In this document: positions 43,802-53,218 of the stretch, piece after piece
Layout: each line of letters opens with the position of its first letter
How positions within the stretch are numbered: position 1 is the stretch's first letter
Assembly (NCBI GenBank): GCA_963726975.1
Contig: CAVSEK010000004.1
Location: 455,519 to 519,518 of the forward strand
Direction: 5' to 3'
Length of the DNA: 64,000 nt
DNA from: an uncultured Actinomycetota bacterium
GTDB taxonomy: Bacteria; Actinomycetota; Actinomycetes; Mycobacteriales; SCTD01
The notes under the pieces: model-generated
Database searches by the model: none
Told to the model about the DNA's origin: nothing
The model's input: only the letters and a program-made list of their open reading frames with translations
Position numbers and translations under genes: made by a program

Positions 43802-43885
43802 CCGTGGTTGCGCGTGACCACGACCGGGCAGCCCGCGGGTGGCCCTCGCCGCGACGGCGCCGCGCGGGCGCGACAGGAGGCCGGC

Positions 43886-45304
43886 ATGAGCACCCGCACC
43901 GACGGTCGGCAGGACGGCCCGACCAGCGCCGCGAGCGCGCGACGCACCGTCACCAAGGCGGCCGCCCTCGCCGCGCTCGGCGGGCTGCTCTTCGGCTACG
44001 ACACCGGCGTCGTCGGCGGGGTGCTGCCCAACATCGCCGACGAGTTCGGGTTGGGCTCGCCGTTCAGCAAGGGCCTGGTCGTGTCGGTGCTGCTGCTCGG
44101 GGCGGCCGTCGGCGCGCTCGTCGCCGGGAAGCTGGCCGACCTGCTCGGCCGCAAGCGCCTCGTGCTGCTCACCAGCGCGACCTTCGTCGTCGGCATCGCG
44201 GTCGCCTCCCTGGCCCCGGCGCTGTGGGTGCTGCTCGCCGGCCGCTTCGTCATCGGCATGGGCGTCGGCGCGGCGTCGTTCGGCGTGCCCCTCTACATCA
44301 GCGAGCTGGCTCCGCCGGCCCGCCGCGGCGGCCTGGTGTCCTTCAACCAGCTCTGCATCACCCTGGGCATCCTCGTCAGCCAGCTCGTCGCGTACGTCCT
44401 CGCCCAGCAGGGCGACTGGCGGGTCTCCACCGGCCTGGCCGTGCTGCCCGCGGTCGTGCTGGGCCTCGGCGTGCTCGGGGAGCCGGAGAGCCCGGCCTGG
44501 CTGGTGCGGCAGGGCCGCGAGGACGAGGCGCGCGACGTGCTGCACCGGGTCCGCGGGCCGGAGGACGACGTCGAGGCCGAGCTCGCCGAGATCCGCGACC
44601 TGGCCGACGAGGAGAGCCGCACGAGCGTCTCGGAGCTCTTCGGCCCGAAGGTCCGGCCGGCACTGGTCGTCGGCGTCGCCCTGGCGGTCGTCCAGCAGGT
44701 CACCGGTGTCAACACGGTCATCTACTTCGCGCCGACCGTCCTCGAGCAGGCCGGGCTGGGCACCGGCGCCGCCCTGCTCGCCTTCTGCGTCGTCGGCGCG
44801 GTCAACGTCGCGCTCACCCTCGTCGCGATCCGCCTGCTCGACCGGGTCGGGCGCCGCCCGCTGCTGCTGTGGGGCAGCAGCGGCATGGTCGTCGGCCTCA
44901 CCGCCCTCGGCCTGCTGTTCGTCGGCGGCGTCAACGGCACGACCGAGGCGGTGCTCGCGACGGCCGCGCTGTGCTTCTACATCGGGTCGTTCGCCATCGG
45001 CCTCGGCCCGGTCTTCTGGCTGCTCGTCGGCGAGCTCTTCCCGCTGCGGGTGCGCGGTCAGGCGGCGAGCGTCGCGACGATGACCAACTGGGCCGCCAAC
45101 CTCGCGGTCGCGGTGTCCTACCTGTCGGTCATCGCGGCCATCGGCGCGCCGGCCACGTTCTGGACGTACGCCGCCATCACCGTCCTGTCGGTGATCTACA
45201 TGGTGCGGGCCGTGCCCGAGACCAAGGGCCGGAGCCTGTCGGAGATCGAGCGCGACCTCGGCGGCCGCGGCGCCGCGGCGCCGCCGGCGGTCCGCACTGC
45301 CTGA
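43886..45304 (+). CDS. sugar porter family MFS transporter
   Basis: AGGAGG precedes ATG 43886. Motifs GGLLFGYDTGV, GRKR, PESPAWLVRQGREDEA, PETKGRSLSEIE. Confidence 0.93.
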   Translation: MSTRTDGRQDGPTSAASARRTVTKAAALAALGGLLFGYDTGVVGGVLPNIADEFGLGSPFSKGLVVSVLLLGAAVGALVAGKLADLLGRKRLVLLTSATFVVGIAVASLAPALWVLLAGRFVIGMGVGAASFGVPLYISELAPPARRGGLVSFNQLCITLGILVSQLVAYVLAQQGDWRVSTGLAVLPAVVLGLGVLGEPESPAWLVRQGREDEARDVLHRVRGPEDDVEAELAEIRDLADEESRTSVSELFGPKVRPALVVGVALAVVQQVTGVNTVIYFAPTVLEQAGLGTGAALLAFCVVGAVNVALTLVAIRLLDRVGRRPLLLWGSSGMVVGLTALGLLFVGGVNGTTEAVLATAALCFYIGSFAIGLGPVFWLLVGELFPLRVRGQAASVATMTNWAANLAVAVSYLSVIAAIGAPATFWTYAAITVLSVIYMVRAVPETKGRSLSEIERDLGGRGAAAPPAVRTA

Positions 45305-45310
45305 CCGGGC

Positions 45311-45787
45311 TCAGGGGCAGCCGACCGTCGCGCAGGCCGCGTCGTCGAGCACGACCCGCCAGCGACCGTCGTCGACGAGGGTCAGCCGGGCGGGCACCTG
45401 CCCGTCCGGCCGCTCCACGACGACGTACGCGCTGCCGGGCCGGGCGTCGACGAGCCGCACCCGGGCCAGCCGCCCGTCCGAGGTGCGGGCCCGCAGGGCC
45501 GCGCAGACCTCCTCCGCCGAGCGCGTCTCGACCCGGCCGGCCGGCTGCGCCGAGAGCAGCCGGAAGCGGGTGCAGTCGCCGAAGACCGCCGCCTCGGTCC
45601 ACGACAGCGCGGCGCCGCGCGGGGTGTCCAGCCGCCGCAGGTCGACGGCCAGCGTGGCCCCGACGAGCAGGACGAGCCCGGCGAGGACGCCGACGACGAC
45701 GTACGGCGTGCGCTCGACCCGCCGGTCGGTGCGCGCCTGCAGCGCGTCCTCCGCCTGCCGGCGCCGGTCGGCCCGGGGCTCGGTCAC
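45311..45787 (-). CDS. membrane-anchored hypothetical protein (158 aa)
   Basis: GTGA overlap with the upstream LLM gene. One TM helix, and an extracytoplasmic domain with 4 Cys. Confidence 0.6.
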   Translation of the reverse strand: MTEPRADRRRQAEDALQARTDRRVERTPYVVVGVLAGLVLLVGATLAVDLRRLDTPRGAALSWTEAAVFGDCTRFRLLSAQPAGRVETRSAEEVCAALRARTSDGRLARVRLVDARPGSAYVVVERPDGQVPARLTLVDDGRWRVVLDDAACATVGCP

Positions 45788-46659
45788 AGGACCGCCGCGG
45801 CGAGCTCCGCCCAGCCGGCCCGGGGCGCGTCGAAGGGTCCCGCGCCGAGCACCTGCAGGCAGACGTGCGACGCGCCGGCGTCCAGGTGCTCGCGCACGCG
45901 GGCGCGTGCCGCGTCCACCCCGCGGGTCACCATCGCCGCCTTGAGCCGGTCGCTCCCGCCGCGGCCGAGGTCGTCCTCGGCGAAGCCCTGCCGCACCCAC
46001 GACGCGCGGTAGTTGGGCAGGCCGGTGTAGATCTCCAGGTGCGCGTGCGCCCGCCGGCGCCACTCGTCCTCGTCGTCGTCGAGCACCACGGCCTGCTCGA
46101 CCGCGAGCAGCGGCCCGTCGCCGAGCACCTCGCGGGCCTGCGCCGTGTGCTCGGGCGTGACGAGGTAGGGGTGCGCCCCCTGCGCCCGGTCGCGGGACAG
46201 CTCGAGCATCTTCGGCCCGAGCGCGGCCAGCACCCGCGGCGGCGGCTGCTGCCCGCCCGCGGCGGCGTACGGCGCGGCGTCCACCGCGTCGAGGTACTCG
46301 CCCATGGCGGCCAGGGGCCGCCCGTACGTGTGGCCCCGCATGCGCTCGACGAGCGGCGCGTGGCTCACCCCGAGGCCGAGCACGAACCGACCGGGGAAGG
46401 CCGCCTCGAGGGTGCGCGCGGCCGACGAGGTCGCCACGGCGTCGCGGCCGTAGATGCTCGCGATGCCGGTGGCGACCGTCATCCGCCGGCTGGCCGCGAG
46501 GTAGAGCGCGGCGGCGGTGAAGGCCTCTCGGCCGTACGCCTCGCCGAACCACAGCGCGCCCCAGCCCTGCTCGTCGAGCTCGGCCACCGCGTCCTGGGCC
46601 GCCGGGACCTCGAGGGCGTCCAGGGTGGCCGTCCAGATCCCGACCTGCCCGAGCGTCAC
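45784..46659 (-). CDS. LLM-class F420-dependent oxidoreductase
   Basis: Luciferase-like blocks FGEAYGREAF and FVLGLGVSH. GTGA overlaps at both ends. Confidence 0.82.
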   Translation of the reverse strand: MTLGQVGIWTATLDALEVPAAQDAVAELDEQGWGALWFGEAYGREAFTAAALYLAASRRMTVATGIASIYGRDAVATSSAARTLEAAFPGRFVLGLGVSHAPLVERMRGHTYGRPLAAMGEYLDAVDAAPYAAAGGQQPPPRVLAALGPKMLELSRDRAQGAHPYLVTPEHTAQAREVLGDGPLLAVEQAVVLDDDEDEWRRRAHAHLEIYTGLPNYRASWVRQGFAEDDLGRGGSDRLKAAMVTRGVDAARARVREHLDAGASHVCLQVLGAGPFDAPRAGWAELAAAVL

Positions 46660-47474
46660 CCCAGCCCCCGCGAGTCCTGCTTGAGCGCGGTGTCGACGGT
46701 GAGCGCGCTGGCCACGACGAGGGACAGCAGCGGGTCCTGCAGCGGCCGGTGGACCTGCACGACGTAGTTGTCGGCGGTGGTGAACAGGGTCTTGGCCACC
46801 CCCTCGAAGGTCTTCTTGATCCGGGCGACCTCGGTGCCCGCCTCGTCGAGGACCGTGAAGTCCCAGGCCCGCCAGTTCTGCGCGTTGAGCGAGCCGACCT
46901 GCCGGCCGCCGCTGTGCAGCCCGAAGCGGATCTTGCCGAAGACGTTCTCCTGCTCCAGCGAGCCGACCTCCCCGACCCCGGGCCTCTCCACGACGACCCG
47001 GCTCTTGACGAACTTGGCCGGGCGGGTGAGCAGCAGCTGCGGGACGCCCTGCGCGTCGCGGACCTCGAGCCGGTGGGTGAGGAACTGGTCGACGCTGCTG
47101 AGGAAGCGCGCCGCCTTCTTCAGCCCGCTCTGGCCGACCTCGACGACGCTGCCGAGCGGGCGGCCCTGCGCGTCGTAGACGGCGTACTCGTTCGTCAGCT
47201 CGATGAGCTTGGCCTTCTGGTTGACGACGAGCACCGGCTCGGTGAACAGCGTCCCGCCGCCGCCTCCCGTGCTCGCGATGCCGGCGCGGCGCTGCACCTG
47301 GTCCTTCACGTACGACGTGCTGGAGGTCTGCACCGGGCCGCGGCCGTCGGGCAGCGGGCTCGTCGTCTGCACGCCGGCCGTGACGACGGCGTCGGTCCAG
47401 CGGCCGCCGTCCCACCACCGCAGGTCGAAGGTCGTCGTCGGGTCGGCGTACCAGCCGGGCTGCGGGCTCGTCAT
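46656..47474 (-). CDS. scramblase/LURP-one-like protein with N-terminal DUF2510-type WW..GG.W repeat
   Basis: GWYADPTTTFDLRWWDGGRWTD N-terminus, then a 12-strand Tubby/scramblase-like body (...WDFTVLDEAGTEVARIKK...). Confidence 0.7.
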   Translation of the reverse strand: MTSPQPGWYADPTTTFDLRWWDGGRWTDAVVTAGVQTTSPLPDGRGPVQTSSTSYVKDQVQRRAGIASTGGGGGTLFTEPVLVVNQKAKLIELTNEYAVYDAQGRPLGSVVEVGQSGLKKAARFLSSVDQFLTHRLEVRDAQGVPQLLLTRPAKFVKSRVVVERPGVGEVGSLEQENVFGKIRFGLHSGGRQVGSLNAQNWRAWDFTVLDEAGTEVARIKKTFEGVAKTLFTTADNYVVQVHRPLQDPLLSLVVASALTVDTALKQDSRGLG

Positions 47475-47537
47475 GCCTGCGATCGTGCCGCACCGCGGGC
47501 AGGTGCGCGGGGGCGGCGGGCGGGGAAGGGGCCGGGC

Positions 47538-48329
47538 ATGACCTCCGGCACCGCCTCCCCCGACGTCCCGTCCGACACCGTCGACCTGTCCCGCGGCGGC
47601 GCCATGCCGCTGCTCGGCTTCGGCACCTGGCAGCTCACCGGCGACACCGCCCGCTCGGCCACGGAGACCGCGCTGCAGGTCGGCTACCGCCACCTGGACA
47701 CCGCGACCGTGTACCGCAACGAGCGCGAGGTCGGCGCGGCGTTGCGCTCGGCCGGCTCCGACGGCGTCTTCGTCACCACCAAGCTCCCGCCGGACCAGGC
47801 CGACCGGGCCCGCGAGACCCTCGAGTCGTCGCTGGAGCAGCTCGGCCTCGACGCGGTCGACCTGTGGCTCGTGCACTGGCCCCCGGACGGCTCGGCCGTG
47901 CCGGTGTGGGAGGCGTTCGTCCAGGCCCGCGAGGACGGGCTGGCGCGCGAGATCGGCGTGAGCAACTTCGACCTCGGGCTCGTCGACGAGGTCACGCAGG
48001 CCACCGGGGTCGCGCCCGCGGTCAACCAGGTCCGCTGGTCGCCGCTGCTGTTCGACGGCGGGGTGCTCGACGGCCACCGCACCCGCGGCGTCGTGCTCGA
48101 GGGCTACAGCGGGCTCAAGGGCGGCACGCTCACCGACGGCACGATCACCGGCATCGCCGAGCGGCTGGGGCGCACGCCCGCGCAGGTGATCGTGCGCTGG
48201 CACCTCCAGCACGGCACCGTCGTCATCCCGCGGTCCTCGGACGCCGGGCGGATCGCCGAGAACGCCGACGTGGGCGGGTTCGTGCTGTCCGACGAGGACA
48301 TGGTCGCGCTCGACGCGCTCGGCGGCTGA
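47538..48329 (+). CDS. aldo/keto reductase
   Basis: LGFGTWQL, GYRHLDTATVYRNE, LWLVHWP, VIPRSS. Confidence 0.92.
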   Translation: MTSGTASPDVPSDTVDLSRGGAMPLLGFGTWQLTGDTARSATETALQVGYRHLDTATVYRNEREVGAALRSAGSDGVFVTTKLPPDQADRARETLESSLEQLGLDAVDLWLVHWPPDGSAVPVWEAFVQAREDGLAREIGVSNFDLGLVDEVTQATGVAPAVNQVRWSPLLFDGGVLDGHRTRGVVLEGYSGLKGGTLTDGTITGIAERLGRTPAQVIVRWHLQHGTVVIPRSSDAGRIAENADVGGFVLSDEDMVALDALGG

Positions 48330-48336
48330 GCGGGCT

Positions 48337-48702
48337 TCAGCGCAGGGCGCGGGCGGCGGTGGCGTCCAGCACCAGCAGGAACGCCCCCTGCACGAGCACG
48401 GCCGTGCCGTCGCCCCGCCAGCGGTCCCGCTGGCGCAGCCACGCCCCTGCCGCGAGGTAGCCCACGTCGAGCCCGGCGTTGACGAGCAGCACCCGCCGCA
48501 GCCGCACCCGGTCGGTGGGTCCCCGCGCCGCCCGGCGGCGCGCACCGACGAGCGCGATGGCGCCGTCGACCGCGCCCCACAGCACCGTCTGCCGGCCGAG
48601 GCCGCGGGTCTGCGGCCGCGCCGCCAGGGCGCCGCCGACCAGGACCGAAGCGGCCGCCCAGGTGCCGAGCACCCGGGTCAGGCGCTCCTCGACGTCGCTC
48701 AC
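48337..48702 (-). CDS. small membrane protein (121 aa)
   Basis: Four hydrophobic segments. Its start overlaps the stop of the VOC gene. Confidence 0.55.
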   Translation of the reverse strand: MSDVEERLTRVLGTWAAASVLVGGALAARPQTRGLGRQTVLWGAVDGAIALVGARRRAARGPTDRVRLRRVLLVNAGLDVGYLAAGAWLRQRDRWRGDGTAVLVQGAFLLVLDATAARALR

Positions 48703-49490
48703 CCGGCGCGGTCGGGCTGCGGCGCGCCCACCGGCTGCTGCAGCACGACGAAGCGGGCGCCGGCGGGGTCGAGGACGAGGGCCATCCGCCCGTACGGCGT
48801 GTCGAAGGGCTCGGAGAGCACGCTCCCGCCGGTGGTCCGGACCGCGTCGCAGGCCCGGTCGGCGTCCTCGACGCCGAAGTAGACCAGCCAGTGCGAGGGC
48901 TCCGACCCGCCCATGAGACCGCCCAGGCCGCCCAGCGGGAACGGCTCGTCAGCGGAGGCGAAGGTGGTGTAGTCCTCCGGCGCCATCTCCACGGCGTCGA
49001 AGCGGAGGCCGAGCAGCGCGCCGTAGAAGTCGCGCGCCGCCCGCGGGTCGGTGGAGCGCAGGTCCTCCCAGACCAGCCCGCCGGGGGCGTTGACGTGGGC
49101 TGCGCCGATGTGGACGCCGGCCTGCCAGAGCCCGAAGGGCGCCCCGGACGGGTCGACCACGACCGCCATCCGCCCGAGCGGGCCGACGTCGAAGGGTCCC
49201 GCGACCACCGTGCCGCCGGCCTGCGACGCCGCGGCGGCGCTCGCGTCGGCGTCGTCGGTGGAGAAGTAGAGGGTCCAGGCCGACGCCTGCTCCGGCTGCG
49301 CCGGCCCGAGGCCCGCCGCCGCGTGCCCGTCGACCTGGGCGAGCACGTAGCCGCCGTGCTCCTCGTCCGGCTCGGTCGTCGTCCAGCCGAGCACGGCCCG
49401 GTAGAACTCGGCCGCCGCAGCGACGTCGGGCGCGGACAGGTCGGCCCAGCAGGGGACGCCGGCCGGCCAGGGCGAGGTGCGTACGGTCAT
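48699..49490 (-). CDS. VOC (glyoxalase/bleomycin-resistance) family protein, two-domain
   Basis: ATG 49490. Duplicated ...FY..VLGW / ...FYGALLGL modules and PFDVGPLGRMAVVVDPSGAPFGLWQ. Confidence 0.85.
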   Translation of the reverse strand: MTVRTSPWPAGVPCWADLSAPDVAAAAEFYRAVLGWTTTEPDEEHGGYVLAQVDGHAAAGLGPAQPEQASAWTLYFSTDDADASAAAASQAGGTVVAGPFDVGPLGRMAVVVDPSGAPFGLWQAGVHIGAAHVNAPGGLVWEDLRSTDPRAARDFYGALLGLRFDAVEMAPEDYTTFASADEPFPLGGLGGLMGGSEPSHWLVYFGVEDADRACDAVRTTGGSVLSEPFDTPYGRMALVLDPAGARFVVLQQPVGAPQPDRAG

Positions 49491-49536
49491 GGGCGCACCC
49501 CACCACCGGCCCGCCGCCGTGTCCAGGGGCGTACGG

Positions 49537-50013
49537 CTACCGCGCGAGCTGGCCGACCAGGCGCTCGGCCTCCTCGGCGCGGGCCTGCTCGACGAGCACC
49601 TCGTAGCGGGTCGCCGCGAGCCCGGTCGTGGAGCTGAAGTCGCGCCGGCCACCGGTCGCGGCGTGGGCGGCGAAGCCGAGCACCGCGCCGAAGACCGCTC
49701 CGAGCACGACGCCGTAGACGACGAGCCCGAGGACGGCCGTGCCCGAGTCCGCGAACAGCCCGACGAACAGGCCGAAGAGCAGCCCGAGCCAGCCGGTCGA
49801 CGCGGCGCCGGCGGCGGCGGCGCGGCCCCGGGTGAGACGGCCGGTGACCCGCTCGACCAGGCGCAGGTCGGCGCCGACGATGCTCACGGTCTCGACGGGG
49901 AAGCCGGAGTCGGACAGGTGGTCGACGACCGCCTGCGCCTGCTCGTACTGCGCGTACGAGCCGAGCACGTGGCGGCCGACGGGGAGGGTGGACGGAGTGC
50001 CGGGAACGGTCAT
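49537..50013 (-). CDS. general-stress-protein-17M-like domain membrane protein
   Basis: YEQAQAVVDHLSDSGFPVETVSIVG N-terminal domain followed by Gly-rich TM helices. Confidence 0.6.
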   Translation of the reverse strand: MTVPGTPSTLPVGRHVLGSYAQYEQAQAVVDHLSDSGFPVETVSIVGADLRLVERVTGRLTRGRAAAAGAASTGWLGLLFGLFVGLFADSGTAVLGLVVYGVVLGAVFGAVLGFAAHAATGGRRDFSSTTGLAATRYEVLVEQARAEEAERLVGQLAR

Positions 50014-50079
50014 GAGGCAGGCGTACCCGCAGGTGGGACGGGCAGTGCGACAGGTCCGTCACACCTGCGGGTCGAGCCG

Positions 50080-50553
50080 TCAGACGACGACGTCGCCCTG
50101 CGTCCCCGTCGGCCGGCCCAGCGCCGCGGAGGCGAGCTGCACGACGTTGCCGAGCCGGCCGTGCGGGCCGTCCCAGTACTCGCCGTAGTGCACCTCGACG
50201 TCCAGCACGCGCACCTCCGGGTCGTCCTTGCCCTGGAAGTACGAGCCCGCGCCGACGTTCCACAGGTCGGCGATGCGCGCCCGGTCGTCGGCGGTGCGGG
50301 CCCGGCCCTGCAGCGCCACGTAGGTGTTCTTGACGGGGTCGCTGAAGGTCACGGTCGTGGGGCTGCCGCCGTCCTCCAGCGAGCCGACCCACTCGGCGTC
50401 GACGCTGACGAGGAAGGACAGCCTGCCGTCCTCCTGGCCGGCGAGCGCCAGCGGGCGCGCCTTCCACGTGCCGTCGTCGTCCGCGGTCGCGATCATCGCG
50501 AAGCGCAGCCCGTCGAGCACGTCCTGCAGGGTCCGGGGGGTGTCGTCGCTCAT
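50080..50553 (-). CDS. pyridoxamine 5'-phosphate oxidase-like FMN-binding protein (general stress protein 26-like)
   Basis: ATG 50553. FAMIATADDDGTWKARPL...YVALQGRA pattern. Confidence 0.75.
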   Translation of the reverse strand: MSDDTPRTLQDVLDGLRFAMIATADDDGTWKARPLALAGQEDGRLSFLVSVDAEWVGSLEDGGSPTTVTFSDPVKNTYVALQGRARTADDRARIADLWNVGAGSYFQGKDDPEVRVLDVEVHYGEYWDGPHGRLGNVVQLASAALGRPTGTQGDVVV

Positions 50554-50639
50554 GGCGGCTGCCTGCCCGGCGACCGGCCCCCGCACACCGGCCGGCGACG
50601 GGTCTAGCGTCCGGGCACGACCGACCCGCAGGAGGAACC

Positions 50640-51102
50640 GTGGCCCGCACCGTCGACCCCGAGCACGTCTCCACCGAGGGCCTGGAGTCCTCCCCGGTCG
50701 CGGAGGCGCTGGGCGGGCTGCGGGCGAACGAGGCGCGCTACTTCAAGAACAAGTACGGCCACGTGCTCGTCACGGAGCCCGCCGCCGAGGCGGCGGCCGT
50801 CGTCGACCGGGTCGAGCCGCGTGCTGGAGGAGCGGGACATCAGGATCGCCTCGCCGGCGCTGGAGGCGACGGAGTTCGAGGTCGACGGGGTGCGCTGGTC
50901 GTACGTCTTCTACGAGTCCGGGCTGGCCGTCAACCTGCTGTGGACGCTCGCGGAGGGCGGCAAGCGGGCTGTGGGCTTCAAGCTCTCGGACGGGATGGAC
51001 GTGCCGGACGAGCTGGCGGAGAAGTTCAAGTTCGCGAGGCAGAAGTCGCGGCTCGCCGGCACGATCCGCGGCTCGTACTTCGTGGTGAAGGGCCAGTACT
51101 GA
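50640..51102 (+). pseudogene. hypothetical protein of about 153 aa, unknown family; one frame hop near 50815-50821
   Basis: MARTVDPEHVSTEGL...YFKNKYGHVLVTEP...VVDRVEP joins VLEERDIRIASPALEATEFEVDGVRWSYVFYESG...YFVVKGQY (ORFs 50640..51191 and 50821..51102). Confidence 0.55.
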
Positions 51103-51187
51103 CCGGTCGTACGGCGGGTGGGCGCAGCGGCGTCGAGCACCCGCTGACGGGTAGTTCTGGTGCTCGTCCACACGCGCGTCCCGGTGC

Positions 51188-51216
51188 TTGACGGGCCTTG
51201 TTCTCGAACGTACGTT
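51188..51216 (+). promoter_or_regulatory. putative promoter (-35 TTGACG, 17 nt, -10 TACGTT) giving a leaderless mRNA
   Basis: Read directly. The -10 ends 6 nt before ATG 51223. Confidence 0.55.
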
Positions 51217-51219
51217 CGA
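51204..51219 (+). promoter_or_regulatory. LexA (SOS) box TCGAACGTACGTTCGA
   Basis: Perfect TCGAAC-N4-GTTCGA palindrome overlapping the -10, and 3 nt upstream of ATG 51223. Confidence 0.8.
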
Positions 51220-51222
51220 TGC

Positions 51223-52832
51223 ATGACGCCGCCGCCGTTCACCGCAGCCCCGGCCGGGCCCGGGGACGGGGACGGGGACGGCTGGGCGGTGCCCGGGGTG
51301 ACCGGGCGGGGGAACGGGACGGGTCCTGCCGGTCCCTCGGGTGCGCGTCCGGGGCTGGTGGTGCTGCCGCCGGTGTCGTCGGGGGTCGCGGCGCTGCAGG
51401 CCGCCCTGGCGGCGATGAGGCGCAGGTGGTGGCGTCGGGGGTGCCGGGGCCGCAGGCGTTGGCGGACTGCGCGGGGCTGCTGGGGGTGCGTGAGCGGCTG
51501 GACCGGGTGCTGCTGGCCCGCCTGGGTGACCTGGACGCCCGACAGCTGGCGGCGCTGACCGGCGCGGGCAGCACCGGCAGCTGGCTGGCCGCCCAGCCCG
51601 GGGACCTGCCCGCCGGGACGTTGACGACGGCCCGCCGGGTGCGCGAGCACCCGGCGCTGGCCGCGGCGGTCGCGGGCGGGTCGGTGTCGCTGCGGGCCGC
51701 CGAGCAGCTCGGCCGGACCCTGGCGGTGCTGCGGCCGCACCTGGACCGCCCGGACGGGCTCATCGACGGCCAGGACGCCCAACCCGTCCTGGCCGCGGTC
51801 CTGGTCGACGGGGTGCTGGACTGCGTCGGGGAGGCCCTGGGCGGCCTGACCGACGACAGCCCGCACCTGCCCGTGCTGACCGAGCTGGCCGACGAGCTGT
51901 CCGAGATCGCCTGGCAGACCCCGACGAGTCAGCTGGACCGGACCGCACGGGCGCTGCTGCTGCTGTGCGAGCACCTCCCGCCGCGGTGGCTGCCGTCGGC
52001 GCTGTCCCGGCTGACCGGGGCGCTGCTGCCCACCCGGCTGGAGGACCACGCCCGCGACCTGGCCCGGCAACGCCGGCTGGTCCTGACCGCCGACCCCGAC
52101 GGCGGCGGGCAGATCCGCGGCCGGCTCACCCCCGAGTGCTGGGAGCTGCTGCACACCGCGCTCAAGGCCGCCGCCGCGACCGACCCGGCCAACCCCACCG
52201 ACACCGCCGGCTACCGCACCGCCCGACAGACCGGCTGGCGACCCGGCGACCCCCAGCCCGAACCCGACGCCGGGGTCCTGCCGCTGGTCCGGTCGCACCC
52301 GCAACGCCTGCACGACGCCCTGGCCCTGGGCCTGCGCGCCCTGCTGGACAACGGCGCCCTGGGCACCCGCGGCAAGACCGCCCCGCACCTGGACATCACC
52401 ATCAGCCTCGCCGCGCTGCACCACACCCCCGGCGCCCTGCCCGCACGCGGCGACAGCGGCCAACCCCTACCGCTGAGCCTGGTCCGGCACCTGCTGCCCG
52501 ACAGCAGGCTCACCCGCTACGTCCTGGACCTGCGCCACCGCGTCATCGAGCACAGCCACACCTCCCGCACCCTGCGCGGCTCTGAACGCCGCACCAAGCA
52601 CCTCGAGACCGGCGGGGCCTGCCAGAGCGCCACCTGCCCCCACGGACCGCACCCCCCACCCACCGTCCGGCTCGTCCCCCACCACCCCGACAGCTGGGCC
52701 ACCACCGGCCGCACCAGCCCCACCGACACCGCCTGGATCTGCGAGAACGAACACACCCAGCTCCACGCCGGCGCCACCCTCACCCTCCGCGACGGCAGAC
52801 GCCTGGACCAGCACGGCTGGCTCGACCCGTGA
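51223..52832 (+). pseudogene. DUF222 protein with C-terminal HNH endonuclease; one frame hop near 51405-51416
   Basis: MTPPPFTAAPAGPGDGDGDGW...VAALQAALAA in frame 1, then DEAQVVASGVPGPQALADCAGLLGVRERLDRV... in ORF 51198..52832. C-terminus C..ATC...VPHHP..W...G.T......C...H..LH is an HNH motif. Confidence 0.8.
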
Positions 52833-53218
52833 CCACGCCGACTCGGTCAGCCCAGGCAGAGCTCCTTGCCTTCGACGGCGGGCAGGACCTGGCACGAGTC
52901 GTCGAAGCCGGCCCGCAGAGGCACCGCGCCCGACAGCCAGCACCTCTCGCCGCACAGCCTCCGCTCCCCGCGCCGCCAGGCGCTCCTGGCCGCGCAGCCC
53001 GGTGCCGGACCGCACGTCGAGGGGGACCCGGTTCTTGACGACCTCGCCCTCGGGCACGGGCTGGGAGGACAGCCGAGGACCCGTACCAGGACCGCGCGAC
53101 CCGCTCCGGGGCCGCGCAGTCGCACGTCCCCCGGACCTGCTCCACGGCGTTCACCGCACTCACGAGCAGCACCGGACGATCGCCCAGTCCTGTCGGAGGT
53201 CACGAGGACGCTGGTGGC

